Position numbers and translations under genes: made by a program | From: Pristiophorus japonicus | Taxonomy: Eukaryota | Assembly: GCF_044704955.1 (NCBI RefSeq) | Contig: NC_091986.1 | Span: 38,316,001-38,380,000 of the forward strand | Direction: 5' to 3' | Length of the DNA stretch: 64,000 bases | In this document: in pieces, positions 11,792 to 23,897 of the stretch | Layout: the number at the start of each line of letters is the position of its first letter | Position numbering within the stretch: position 1 is the stretch's first letter | Notes under the pieces: generated by a model | Databases searched by the model: none | What the model was told of the DNA's origin: nothing | What the model saw: the letters and a program-made list of their open reading frames with translations, nothing else

Positions 11792-13414
11792 TAGTCGGGA
11801 AATTGTGTTGGGGAAATTGATGGGAATGAAGGCCGATAAATCCCCAGGCCTGATGGACTGCATCCCAGAGTACTTAAGGAGGTGGCCTTCGAAATAGCGG
11901 ATGCATTGACAACCATTTTCCAACATTCCATGGACTCTGGATCAGTTCCTATGGAGTTGAGGGTAGCCAATGTTCCCCCACTTTTTAAAAAAGGAGGGAG
12001 AGAGAAAACAGGTAATTATAGACCGGTCAGCCTGACATCGGTAGTGGGTAAAATGATGGAATCAATTATTAAGGATGTCATAGCAGCGCATTTGGAAAGA
12101 GGTGACATGATAGGTCCAAGTCAGCATGGATTTGTGAAAGGGAAATCATGCTTGACAAATCTTCTGGAATTTTTTGAGGATGTTTCCAGTAGAGTGGACA
12201 AGGGAGAACCAGTTGATGTGGTGCATTTGGACTTTTAGAAGGCTTTCGACAAGGTCCCATACAAGAGATTAATGTGCAAAGTTAAAGCACATGGGATTGG
12301 GGGTAGTGTGCTGACGTGGATTGAGAACTGATTGGCAGATAGGAAGCAAAGAGTAGGAGTAAATGGGTACTTTTCAGAATGAGAGGCCGTGACAAGTGGG
12401 GTACTGCAAGGTTCTGTCCTGCGGCCCCAGCTGCTTACATTGTACATTAATGATTTAGATGAGGGGATTAAATGTAGTTTCTCCAAATTTGCGGATGACA
12501 CTAAGTTGGGTGGCGGTGTGAGCTGCGAGGAAGATGCTATGAGGCTGCAGAGTGACTTGGATAGGTTAGGTGAGTGGGCAAATGTATGGCAGATGAAGTA
12601 TAATGTGGATAAATGTGAGGTTATCCACTTTGGTGGTAAAAACAGAGAGACAGACTATTATCTGAATGGTGACAGATCAGGAAAAGGGAAGGTGCAACGA
12701 GACCTGGGTGTCATGGTACATCAGTCATTGAAGGTAGGCATGCAGGTACAGCAGGCGGTGAAGAAGGCAAATGGCATGTTGGCCTTCATAGCGAGGGGAT
12801 TTGAGTCGAGGGGCAGGGAAGTGTTACTACAGTTGTATAGGGGCTTGGTTGAGGCCACACCTGGAGTAGTGTGTACAGTTCTGGTCTCCTAACTTGAGGA
12901 AGGACATTCTTGCAATTGAGGGAGTGCAGCGAAGGTTCACCAGACTGATTCCCGGGATGGCGGGACTGACATATCAAGAAAGATTGGATCAACTGGGCTT
13001 GTATTCACTGGAGTTCAGAAGAATGAGAGGGGATCTCATAGAAACGTTTAAAGTTCTGACAGGTTTAGACAGGTTCGATGTAGGAAGAATGTTACCAATG
13101 TTGGGGAAGTCCAGAACCAGGGGTCACAGTCTAAGGATAAGGGGTAAGCCATTTAAGACCGAGATGAGGAGAAACTTCTTCACCCAGAGAGTGGAATTCT
13201 CTACCACAGAAAGTTGTTGAGGCCAATTGTCTAAATATATTCAAAAAGGAGTTAGATGTAGTCCTTACTATTAGGCGGATCAAGGGGTATGGCGAGAAAG
13301 CAGGAATGGGGTACTGAAGTTGCATGTTCAGCCATGAACTCATTGAATGGCGGTGCAGGCTCAAAGGGCCCAATGGCCTACTCCTGCACCTATTTTCTAT
13401 GTTTCTATGTTTCT
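11792..13414 (+). mobile_element. 5'-truncated CR1 LINE ((TTTCTATG)n-tail family) inserted in the 5' LTR of C
   Basis: ORF2 pieces at 11882, 12389 (FADD) and 12894; tail ctatgtttctatgtttct; the flanks rejoin into the LTR seen at 17768. Confidence 0.93.
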
Positions 13415-13619
13415 CCCAGGGAGCGTATCCCCTGAAGTCCCAAGGAATCCCAGCATCCCTTGGGAGCACTGTATATATAAGCCGGCCCCGAAGGCCTGTT
13501 CCTCACTCTGGAGTGTCTTGATAAAACTGAAGTCACTGTTACTTTAACCTCCCTGTGTGCAGTCTCACCTGTGTTAGGAATACAATAACTGGCGACGAGT
13601 ATACGAATCCAACGCAAAG

Positions 13620-16600
13620 ATGCAGCAAACTGTGGGCATCCTGGAGAAATTCTCGGAGGGTGAGGACTGGGAAGTCTATGTCGAACAGTTTGACCAGTAC
13701 TTTGTAGCCAATGAGCTGGACAGAGAAGGAAGCGCTGCAAAAAGGAGAGCGGTCCTCCTCACTGTCTGCGGGTCACCGACCTACAGCTCATGAAGAATCT
13801 TCTGGCTCCGGTGAAACCCACAGATAAGTCATATGAGGAGCTGTGTACACTGGTTCGGGAGCATCTTAACCCGAGGGAGAGCATGCTGATGGCGAGGTAT
13901 CGGTTCCACATGTGCCAGCGATCTGAAGTTCAGGAAGTGGCGAGCTACGTCGCCGAGCTAAGGCGACTTGCAGGACAATGTGAGTTTGATGGCTACCTAG
14001 AGCAGATGCTCTGAGAATTTTTTGTACTGGGCATTGGCTGGGAGACCATCCTACGAAAACTTTTGACTGTAGAGACACCAACCCTCAGTAAGCCATTGCG
14101 ATTCCACAGGTGTTTTTGTCCACCAGTGATCACACCAAACAAATCTCTCAGCACAAATGTGCTAGCATTGTTCATAAATTAACTGGAACTGCATTTGCAA
14201 GTAGAAATGTACAGTGCAGAAACCATGAGTCTGCAACTGCCAGCAGGCCTCAGGTGACCCAGATGATTCAGAGTCCACAACAAAGGATGAATGCAAGGCA
14301 ATTCACATGTTGTTGGTGTTGTGGAGGCTTCCATTCAGCCCATTCATGCCACTTCAAAGGATATGTTTGCAAGAGCTGTGGAACAATGGGGCACCTCCAA
14401 CGAGCTTTCAGATGAGCTGCAAGCTCTGCAAAACCTGCTAACCACCACATGGCAGAGGAAGATCGGTCCATGGTGGATCAAAGAAATTTCGAGCCTCAGA
14501 GAGTGGAGGCAGGTGCTGAAGTACAAGGGGTGCACACATTTTCGATGAACTGTCCACCTATAATGCTAAATGTAAAATTGAATGGCTTACCCGTAGCCAT
14601 GGAACTGGACACTGGCGCTAGCCAATCCATCATGAGTAAAAAGATGTTTGAGAGACTGTGGTGCAACAAGGCATTCAGACCAGCCATGAGCCCCATCCAC
14701 ATGAAACTGAGAATGTACACTAAAGAGCTCATCACTGTCCTGGGCAGCACCATGGTCAAGGTCACCTACGAGGGCACGGTGCATGAACTGCCACTCTGGA
14801 TTGTCCCGGGCGATGGCCCCACACTGCTTGGAAGGAGCTGGCTGGGCAAAATCCGCTGGAACTGGGAGGACATCCGAGTGCTATCACATGTCGATGAGGC
14901 CTCATGTACCCAGGTTCTTTACAAATTTCCTTCCCTTGTTGAGCCAGGCATTGGAAACTTTTCCAGGGTGAAGGTACTGATCCACTTGGTCCCAGAGGCA
15001 TGACCCATTCACCACAAGGTGCGAGCGGTACCTCACATGATGAGGGAGAGAGTGGAAATCGAGCTGGACAGGCTGCAACATGAGGGCATCATCTCCCCAG
15101 TGGAATTCAGCGAGTGGGCCAGCCCGATTGTTCCAGTACTCAAAAGTGATGGCACGATCAGGATTTGCGGCGATTATAAAGTAACTATTAATCATTTCTC
15201 GCTACAGGACCAATACCCACGACCTAAGGCAGACGACCTATATGCCACACTGGCAGGAGGCAAGACATTCATCAAACTTGACCTGACTTCGGCCAAAATG
15301 ACGCAGGAGCTGAAGGAGCCTTAGAAAGGCCTCATCTGCATCAACATGCACAAGGGACTGTTCATCTATAACACATGCCCGTTTGAAATTCGATCAGCTG
15401 CAGCAATCTTCCAGAGAAACATGGAGAGCCTACTCAAGTCGGTACCACGCATGGTGGTTTTTCAGGACGACATATTGGTCACGGGTCGGGACACCGTTGA
15501 GCACCGACAAAATCTGGAGGAGGTCCTCCAGCGATTGGATCGCGTAGGGCTGCGGCTGAAGAGGTTGAAATGCGTCTTCATGGCAACAGAAGTGGAGTTT
15601 TTGGGGAGAAAGATCACGGCGGATGGCATTCGGCCCATAGACGCCAAGACAGAGCTATCAGGAACGCGCCCAGGCCACAGAACGTCACGGAGCTGCAGTC
15701 ATTCCTGGGACTCCTCAACTATTTTGGTAACTTCCTACCGGGGTTAAGCACCCTTTTAGAGCCCCTACATGTGTTATTGCGTAAAGGTGAGAACTGGGTA
15801 TGGGAAAAAAAACAAGTAATTGCTTTTGAGAAAGCCAGAAACATTTTATGCTCCAACAAGCTGCTTGTATTGTATAACCCATGTAAAAAACTTGTGCTAG
15901 CATGTGATGCGTCGTCGTACGGAGTCGGGTGTGTATTACAACAAGCCAACGTTGCGGGGAAATTGCAACCTGTCGCCTATGCCTCCAGGAGCTTGTCTAA
16001 GGCCGAGAGGGCTTACAGCATGATTGCGAAAGAGGCATTCACGCGTGTGTTCGGGGTAAAGAAAATGCATCAGTACCTGTTTGGCCTCAAATTTGAGCTG
16101 GAAATCGATCACAAGCCCCTCATATCCCTGTTCGCTGAAAACAAGGGGATAAATACTAATGCCTCAGCCCACATACATAGGTGAGCACTCGCGCTATCAT
16201 TGTATAACGATACCATCCGCCACAGGCCAGGCACCGAGAACTGTGCGGATGCTCTCAGTCGGCTACTATTGCCCACCACAGGGTTGGAAATGGCGCAGCC
16301 TGCAAACTTGTTGATGGTGGCGCAGCCCGCAGACTTGTTGATGGTCATGGAAGCGTTTGAAAATAATAAATCACCTGTCACGGCCCACCAGATTAGGACT
16401 TGGACCAACCAAGATCCTCTGCTGTCCCTCATAAAAAACTGTTTACTGCATGGGAGCTGGGCCAGCATCCATGTTGAAATGCAAGAGCTAATCAAGCCGT
16501 TCCAGTGGCGAAAGGACGAGCTGTCCATTCAGGCAGACTGCCTGTTGTGGGTTAACTGCATAGTGCTACCCAAAAAGGGTAGGGAGACATTCATCTCGGA

Positions 16601-17732
16601 TCTCCACAGCACACACCCGGGTATAGTAATGATGAAAGCGATAGCCAGATTGCACACGTGGTGGCCCAGTATCGACTCTGACTTAGAGTCCTGTGTATGA
16701 CAATGCACTCATTTGAGCAACACACCCAGCGAGGCACCACTAAGTTTGTGGTCCTGGCCCTCCAGACTATGGTCGAGGATCCATGTCGACTATGCGGGCC
16801 CGTTTCTCGGTAAAATGTTCCTGGTGGTGGTGGATGCTTTTTCAAAATGGATTGAACGTGAAATAATGTCGGGAAGCACCGCCACCGCCACCATTGAAAG
16901 CCTGAGGGCCATGTTTGCCACCCACGGCCTGCCTGACATACTGGTCAGTGACAATGGGCCATGTTTCACCAGTGCCGAATTTAAAGAATTCATAACCCGC
17001 AATGGGATCAAACATGTCACCTCGGCCCCGTTTAAACCAGCCTTCAATGGGCAGGGAGAGCGGGCAGTACAAGCAATCAAACAGAGCCTTAAACGAATCA
17101 CAGAAGGCTCACTCCAAACCCGCCTGTCCTGAGTACTGCTCAGCTACCGCACGAGACCCCACTTGCTCACAGGGGTGCCCCCAGCTGAGCTATTCATGAA
17201 AAGGACACTTAAAACCAGACTTTCGCTGGTTCACCCCAACCTGCATGATCAGGTAGAGAGCTGGTGGCAGCAACAAAATGTAAACGATGGTTGTGCCACT
17301 GTGTCACGGGAAATTGATCTGAATGACCCTGTGTATGTGCTAAACTATGGACATGGTCCCAAGTGGATCACGGGCACGGTGATAGCTAAAGAAAGGAGTA
17401 GGGTGTTTGTACTCAAACTAGACAATGGACAAATTTGCAGAAAGCACCTGGACCAAACGAGGCTGCAGTTCACAGACTGCCCTGAACAACCCACAGCAGA
17501 CACCACCATTTTTGAGCCCACAACACACACCCAAAGGATCAACGACACCACCCCGGACCAGGAAATCGAACCCATCACGCTTAACAGCCCAGCAAGGCCA
17601 AGCTCACCCAGCAGCCTTGCAGGGCCAACAACACACCAGCCCAGCGAGGGCACAGCCAACACACCAGAACAGACATTTGTACCGAGGCGGTCCACCAGGG
17701 AAAGAAAGGCTCCCGACCGCCTCACCTTGTAA
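13620..17732 (+). pseudogene. pol: Element C gag-pol, decayed
   Basis: ATG at 13620. Knuckles CWCCGGFHSAHSC and CKSCGTMGHLQR, MELDTG, FQDD, RNase H, integrase HVDYAG/VSDNG/GERA. Confidence 0.92.
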
Positions 17733-17767
17733 ATAGTTTTCACTTTGACTTTGGCAGTTGGGAGTGA

Positions 17768-17978
17768 TGTTGTGTATCTGTAAAACATGCACTCCCATAT
17801 TCCGCCACCAGGGAGCTAATCCCCTGAAGTCCCAAGGGATCCCAGCATCCCTTGGGAGCACTGTATATAAGCCGGCCCCTGAGGCCTGTTCATCACTCTG
17901 GAGTGTCTTGATAAAGACTGAGGTCACTGTTACTTTAACCTCCCTGTGTGCAGCCTCATCTGTGTTAGGAACACAATA
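17768..17978 (+). repeat. 3' LTR of element C
   Basis: tgttgtgtatc...aacacaata matches the split 5' LTR. Confidence 0.93.
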
Positions 17979-19118
17979 AAACCAAACAATACAGCTGTCG
18001 CAAAGATGAGCTTTCCATCCAGTCCGACTGTTTACTGTGGGATAATCGTGTTGTAATGCCCAAGAAAGGCAGGGCGAGATTTGTACTGGAGTTCGATAGT
18101 ACGCATCCCAGTATTGTCATGATGAAGGCCATCGCCAGGTCCCATGTTTGGTGGCCTGGCATTGACTTAGACTTAGAGTCATGCGTGCATTAGTGCAGCA
18201 CTTGCATGCAGTTAATCAATGCCCCAAAGGAAGCTCCGCTCAGTTTGTGGTCTTGGCCATCCAAACCGTGGTCTAGAATCCACATCGACTTTGCGGGCCC
18301 CTTCCTCGGTAAAATGTTTTTTGTGGTGGTGGATGCATACTCCAAATCGATAGAATGTGTGATCATGTCATCCAGCACTTCCACTGCCACCATTGAGAAC
18401 CTGAGCCATGTTTGACACACATGGTCTGCTTGACATCATTGTCAGTGACAACAGACCATGTTTCATGAGCCTGGAGTTTCAAGAGTTCATGAAACACAAC
18501 TGCATAAAACAGCCCCGTTCAAACCCATGTCCAATGTCCAAGTGGAGCGGGCAGTTCAAGCCATCAAGCAGAGCCTGAAACGCGTAACACATGGTTCCTT
18601 GCAGACATGCCTGTCACGCATACTGCTCAGTTACAGGACAAGGCCACACATGCTCACCGGGGTCCCGCCTGCGGAACTATTGATGACGAGAAGCCTCAAA
18701 ACCAGATCCTGACAACGAGCATGTCGAAACCCGACGTCAACACCAGCAGTGGTATCATGACCACGCTGCAGTGTCACGTGACATATCTGTAAATGACCCA
18801 GTGTATGTACTTAACCATGGTCAAGGGCCCAAGTGGCTCATGGGCAATGTTACGGATAAGGAGGGTAACCGGGTGTATATGGTTAAGCTCACAAATGGGC
18901 AGATGTGCAGGAAACACATTGATCAAACCACTGACGAACCGGAACAGTTGGAAGAAGACACCGCAAGCTTAGATGACCAACCAACTCACGTCCAACAATC
19001 AGAAAAACCCACTGTGGTCAATGCCCAGCCCCAAGTTGTAAGAGACTCAGAAAGCACTGGGATTGTACTGAGACGGTCAACCAGGGAGCAAAGGACTCCG
19101 GACCGTCTGAAATTGTAA
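17979..19118 (+). pseudogene. pol: Element A integrase region, decayed
   Basis: HPSIVMMKAIARSHVWWPG, HIDFAGP, VSDN and C-terminal RRSTREQRTPDRL. Confidence 0.9.
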
Positions 19119-19168
19119 TATGGACTTGTGCCAAGAACTCGGGGAGGGGGGGCGGCGGGGGGAAATGA

Positions 19169-19366
19169 TGTAATGTATGTACATAAGGTCGGCCCACCAA
19201 CAGGGGGCACTACCATTGGAGATCCTAGGGTCATAGGTACACTTGTGCTGGGCAACCTGAATTTCACCTTTGTATTTTCAATTCTGGAAGCCATTAAAGA
19301 CTGACAAGGTTACACCTGGTCACTGGCTCACAGTACGGAGTTCATTGTATTATTTCATACACCACA
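19169..19366 (+). repeat. 3' LTR of element A
   Basis: Direct repeat of 1857-2063 with a 9-bp deletion. Confidence 0.95.
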
Positions 19367-20490
19367 ATGTGCTTATCCAGCTTCCCCTTTAAATGCATCT
19401 ATGCTATTTGCCTGAACCAGTCCATGTGTTATTGAGTTCCACATTCTAACCATTCTCTGGGTAAAGAAGTTTCTCCTGAATTCCCTATTGGATTTATTAG
19501 TGATTATCTTATATTTATGGCCCCGAGTTCACCCACAAGTCAAAACACCTCTACGTCTACCCCATCAAACCCTTTCACAATCTTAAAGACCTCTATCAGA
19601 TCACTCCTTAGTCTCCTCTTTTCTATAGATAAGAACCCCAGCCTATTCAAGCTTTCCTGATAGATATAACCTCTCAGTTCAGTATCATTCTAGCAAATCT
19701 TTTTTGCACCTTCTTTGGGCCTCTATATCCTTTGTATAATAGAGCCGAGAACTGTTCACAATATTCCAAATGCAGTCCAATCAAGGTTCTGTATAAGTGT
19801 AACATAACTTCTCTGCTTTTCAATTCTATCCCTCTAAAAATGAATCTCAGTGTTTGGTTGGCTTGTTTATGGTCTTATTATCTGCGCTCCTCTAATTCTA
19901 GCCGGTTTAGCATTCCCGATTTTAATCATTCCAGCATTGGCGGCCGTGCCTTCAGCTGCCAAGGCTGTAAGCTCTGAAATTCCCTTCCTAAACCTCTCCA
20001 CCTCTCTACCTCTCTCTTCTCTTTTAAAACGCTCCTTAAAACCTACCTCTTTGACCAAACTTTTTGTCATCTGCCTTGATATCCCGTTATGTGGCTCAGT
20101 GTCTAATTTTGTTTGATAACGCTGCTGTAACGCTCCTTGGGACGTTTTACTATGTTTAAGGTGCTATATAAATGCAAGTTGTTGTTGCTATGCTACTTTT
20201 AATAGTATTTGTACCTCCCTGATCCCTCTGTTCCTCTACCCCATTTAGACACTTGTTTTCCAAGGAGTATGTGGCCTTCTTATTCATCCTACCAAAATGT
20301 ACCACCTCATAATTATCTACATTGGAGTTCATTTGCCAATTGCACGCCTATTTTGCAAGTTTACTGCTATCTTCCTGTACTTAGTCACAGTCCTCCTCTG
20401 TATTCACTACACCCTCCCCAATTTGGTGTCATCCGCAGATTTTGAAATTGTACTTCCGATTTGCGATTCCAAATCGTTTATGTAAACATA
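19367..20490 (-). mobile_element. Old CR1 ORF2 3' fragment (target of element A), interrupted by an L2 tail
   Basis: Minus strand reads FKGKLDKHM, FFTQRMVRMWNS, LEYCEQFSA and SKSADDTKLG-like motifs. Confidence 0.7.
19880..20188 (+). mobile_element. L2-type LINE 3' end
   Basis: GGRAFSCQG.KL.NSLP..FKTLLKTYLF and tail aggtgctatataaatgcaagttgttgttg; paralogues at 24615, 51005 and 56720. Confidence 0.75.
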
Positions 20491-20794
20491 TGCAAACAAA
20501 GCCATCCTTTAATGATTGAATACAACTACATCAAGAATATATACAATATCCTTTCAGGAAATCATTATACATTGGCAGGAGCTAAAGGAAGGGACTTCTC
20601 CATCTACTTGTCTGTTTGTCCTTGAGCTGCTTTAATTGCTTTTAATAATGATGCCATTTACATTTTTATACCATTGCCATAATATTTATGGTGAAACATC
20701 AGCTCTGTCCCATTAACCTTACTTGGTAAGCCGAAGACTGATTATATTGGAGCTTTTAACAAACTGCACTAAAATATTAGCTTCAGTAAGAACT

Positions 20795-21165
20795 AACCAT
20801 GATTTTCCTGACCTGTCAGGTATTTCCTACAGCAGTTGACATCATGGGTGTTATGCTCCTGAAATCTATCCTTCAAGTAGTTACGTCTTTCACACATTTT
20901 TTTTGTCAATTTCTTGATAAGCACTATGATAACAGGGTCCTGGAACTTTGCCAAGTTGTTCCAATTTCCAGGCAAGGGATATTTATGTTCTTTGCGAGCA
21001 CAGACCCATATCTTTGCTGAAAGTGGTAGTGAAATTGCTGAAGGATGCTTTTTTTCCATCATCCGCCAATGTCCTCATTGATAGATACATTTCCAATTAG
21101 ATTTAATCTCATTTCTGCTCAAGTATCATAACTCTTCGAACAGCCTTCGGAGCTGGAGATCATTT
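20795..21165 (-). pseudogene. Possible ancient pogo/Tigger transposase N-terminal (CENP-B-type HTH) remnant
   Basis: One minus frame reads PKAVRRVMILEQK*D*I*LEMYLSMRTLADD; judged by eye only. Confidence 0.3.
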
Positions 21166-21404
21166 TTCAAGGGCAATGAATTCTAAAGTTCACCAAAATT
21201 GTACTTTCAGAATTAGAATGATTGTTTTATTCACAATAAATTATTGATATACGTAAACTATTTAGAAACAGAGATTCAACATTCATAGTACGTCAACTAG
21301 AAATGTTCTCCTTGTAACATGCTCTCTCAGGATCAACACCCTCATTTGGAATGTTAAGCGATATTAACGACTGTCCAACTATTTTATCCCACTCGACAGT
21401 TAAC

Positions 21405-22624
21405 GGCCCGGATTTTACGGCAATAATAATGGTGAGGCTGTCAACTGTGGCCCAGTGAGTAGCACACTTGCCTCTGAGTCAAAAGGTTGTGAGTTCAAGT
21501 CCCACTCCAGAGACTTGTGCACAAAAGTGTAGGCTGACACTCCAGTGCAGTACTGAGGGACTGCTGCACTGTCGGAGGTGCTATATTTTGGATGAGATGT
21601 TAAACCGAGGCCCTGCCTGCTCTCTCAAGTGCATGTAAAAGATCCCGTGGCACTATTTCGAAGAAGAGCAGAGGAGTTATCCCCAGTGTCCTGGGTCAAT
21701 ATTTGTCCCTCAAACAACAAAAAAACCCAGCAGATTATCTGGTCATTATCACATTGTTGTTTGTGGGAGCTTGCTGTGGAGAAACTAGTTGCCGCGTTTC
21801 CTACATTACAATGGCGACTACACGCCAAAAGTACTTCATTGGCTTTAAAAGCTCTTTGAGACATCCGGCAGTTGTGAAAGGCACTATATAAATCCAAGTC
21901 TTCCTTTCATTATTACAGGGTAAATCTGACAGCAACTTCTGCCGCCCGCACGTGCGCAGTTAAACGCGGAAATCCAGAAGTTGCTGTCAGAAATACCCTG
22001 CGCCTCCACAGGGTGCGCTGTTGCAGTCCTCACCGATAGGCTCGGCACTGAAATCACTGTAATGACGTGCGCTTGGGGTACTTATCATTAGTTCTGCACT
22101 AGAGGGCTAGTGCATTCAGGAGTAAATGACTTTTTAACGGTGTAATAGGTGATAATTACTGCTGAACACCCTCTCTTGCCCTGAAAAATTAATTTTTCAA
22201 GTGTCGAGTCTCATTCCTTCAGAAGAAAATTAATGTTGCAGATTAAAAAAATGTATGCAATTTTTTTTAGTTTTTCTGTTTTTCTCTTTAATCTCTCTCC
22301 CTTAATCCCATCTGTATGTCCCAATTTTTATTTTGTTTCCTGTACAATGGTTTAAATATAATTTATATTTCCTGGGTTTTTTATGTCCTGGTTTGCATTC
22401 TGCGTGTCTCAGTGAGGATTCTTCAAACTTATTAGCTGCAGAGTCTTGCTGCTGCTTTACCTGCTCACAGAAGCCACAGATCCCCTGTAGAGGGCACCAA
22501 GCTGGATCAGAGACAGGATCAGTCAAAATCTCCACTCACAGGTCTGCCAATAGTCTCTGGGCAACTGTATACAAGGTGAATGGCAAAGGCCGTTCCTTTG
22601 CCGCTGTGTTGCACAATCTAGGTC
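21405..22624. mobile_element. TIR-bounded non-autonomous DNA element (Harbinger-like), interrupted by a SINE
   Basis: Ends ggcccggatttt ... acaatctaggtc (imperfect TIR). Confidence 0.45.
21443..21908 (+). mobile_element. tRNA-headed SINE with a Deu-domain-like body (SacSINE1/AmnSINE-like)
   Basis: A/B-box-like head (tggcccagtg, gttcaagtccc), body gtaaaagatcccgtggcactatttcgaagaagagc and L2-like tail; five copies in the window. Confidence 0.8.
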
Positions 22625-22804
22625 ATTACCTTTGATAATGACGATAACGCTATATATCCTATTGTGACATATATGCTTAAAAAACTACAATTGATATTGC
22701 TAAGCACCAGAAGTTCATCGGCAAAAACTGTTACCGTGTCTGGTTGAATAATTAAACAGACGTTTTGTTCAGAGCCTAATGACATGATACTTCTAAAAAA
22801 TCCA

Positions 22805-23370
22805 GGGGTTGATAATTCGGTTGGAGGGTTTTAAGGCGCTAATGTCGGATGGTCGCTAAATTTGGTGTCAGAAAATGGTTAGCGACAGCAGCCACGAAAT
22901 TCAGTGGTTGCGCCCTAACAGTGGAGTGGAGCACTAAGGGAAGCATTCCACACTTCTCTTAGGGCACTAGGCTGGGTAAGCAACTGAATATCTTGAGCTA
23001 AAGAGCCGGGTTCGTAGCGCCTTAAGAGAGGCCTCGCTGGAAAAAAAAGAATCGGAAACAAAAAACATAAAAAATATTCCCTCTATAATTATTCACACTA
23101 AATAAAGTTAAATCGTAAAAAAAAAACATATCAATCTCACTTACCTCATGCAGTCATTCCTTCTCTTAGTGTCCCGGGACAGATCTGCACACCACCTTTC
23201 TCTGGCGTTGTCACTACGGAATGCTACGGCTGCAGCGCAAACCAACTTTGTATCCGTGTCGATACCGGGGGCGTTGCACACCGGTGCTATGCTTCCAGCG
23301 ATACTCCTTAGGGCGGTATCAGCACACTGAATTTGTCGAGCAGCGCAAATGCCGAATTGGGAATGCTTTT
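22805..23370. mobile_element. Partial GC-rich MITE-like element
   Basis: Starts gggttgataattcgg and shares agcgct/ttagggc motifs with 30758-31492. Confidence 0.35.
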
Positions 23371-23560
23371 TTTTTACCCGAGATAGTCATACTGTCTGAG
23401 GAATAGATTGCAAACAATCAATTAAAGCACCTACATTTAAAAAGGGTGACAGTTCTGATCCTGGGAATGACAAAACGCTAAGACTGATAATGGGCAAAAT
23501 AATGGTAGCCGTTCCAAAGAGTGGGCCAGAAGAATGCCTGTATAGCAATATGTTAGGAAG

Positions 23561-23897
23561 AATCATGAGGGGTCTGGACAGAGTAGATAGAGAGAAACTG
23601 TTCTAATTGGCAGCAGCGATGAGAACCAGAGGACATAAAAGTAAGGTGATTGGCAAAAGAACCAAAGGCGACGTAAGAAAAACTTTTTTACGCAGCGAGT
23701 GATTGGGTTCTGGAATGCACTGCTTGAAAGGGTGGTGGAGGGAGATTCAATTGTGCCTTTCAAAGGGGAATTGGATAAATAGCCGATGGGAAAACATTTG
23801 CATGTCAGGGAAAGGCAAGGGAGTGGGACTAGCTAAGAGTTGGCATGGGCTTGCCGGGCCGATTGGCCTTCTTCCGTGATGTAACCATTCTCTGATC
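23561..23897 (+). mobile_element. CR1 3' fragment
   Basis: IMRGLDRVDREKLF, FFTQRVIGFWNAL and a CR1-type 3' UTR. Confidence 0.8.

Larger units (their letters stand above)
11749..17978 (+). mobile_element. Ty3/gypsy LTR retrotransposon C (Mag-like), nested in pol of A
   Basis: 5' LTR 11749-11791 plus about 13415-13587 (split by a CR1); 3' LTR 17768-17978. TSD AAATC/AAACC, PBS at 13590. Host A resumes KQYSCRKDELSIQS at 17984. Confidence 0.93.
1857..19366 (+). mobile_element. Ty3/gypsy LTR retrotransposon A (Mag-like clade); complete but decayed, host of nested insertions
   Basis: LTRs 1857-2063 and 19169-19366 (TG..CA). Perfect 5-bp TSD ATGTG (1852-1856 / 19367-19371). PBS TGGCGACGAGG at 2066, PPT at 19141-19168. 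Order gag-PR-RT-RH-IN. Confidence 0.95.

Noticed and set aside
17163-17732. env-like or extra ORF in element C
   Set aside because: It is the integrase C-terminus with a Pro/Thr-rich tail ending RRSTRERKAPDRL, as in A. There is no signal peptide or TM segment.
20793-21062. Penelope GIY-YIG remnant (LKDRFQEH)
   Set aside because: No GIY/YIG or CxxC motif precedes it; only one short motif matches.
21443-21510. tRNA gene
   Set aside because: It is the tRNA-derived head of a SINE, repeated at 36340, 40020 and 55235, and does not form a full cloverleaf.
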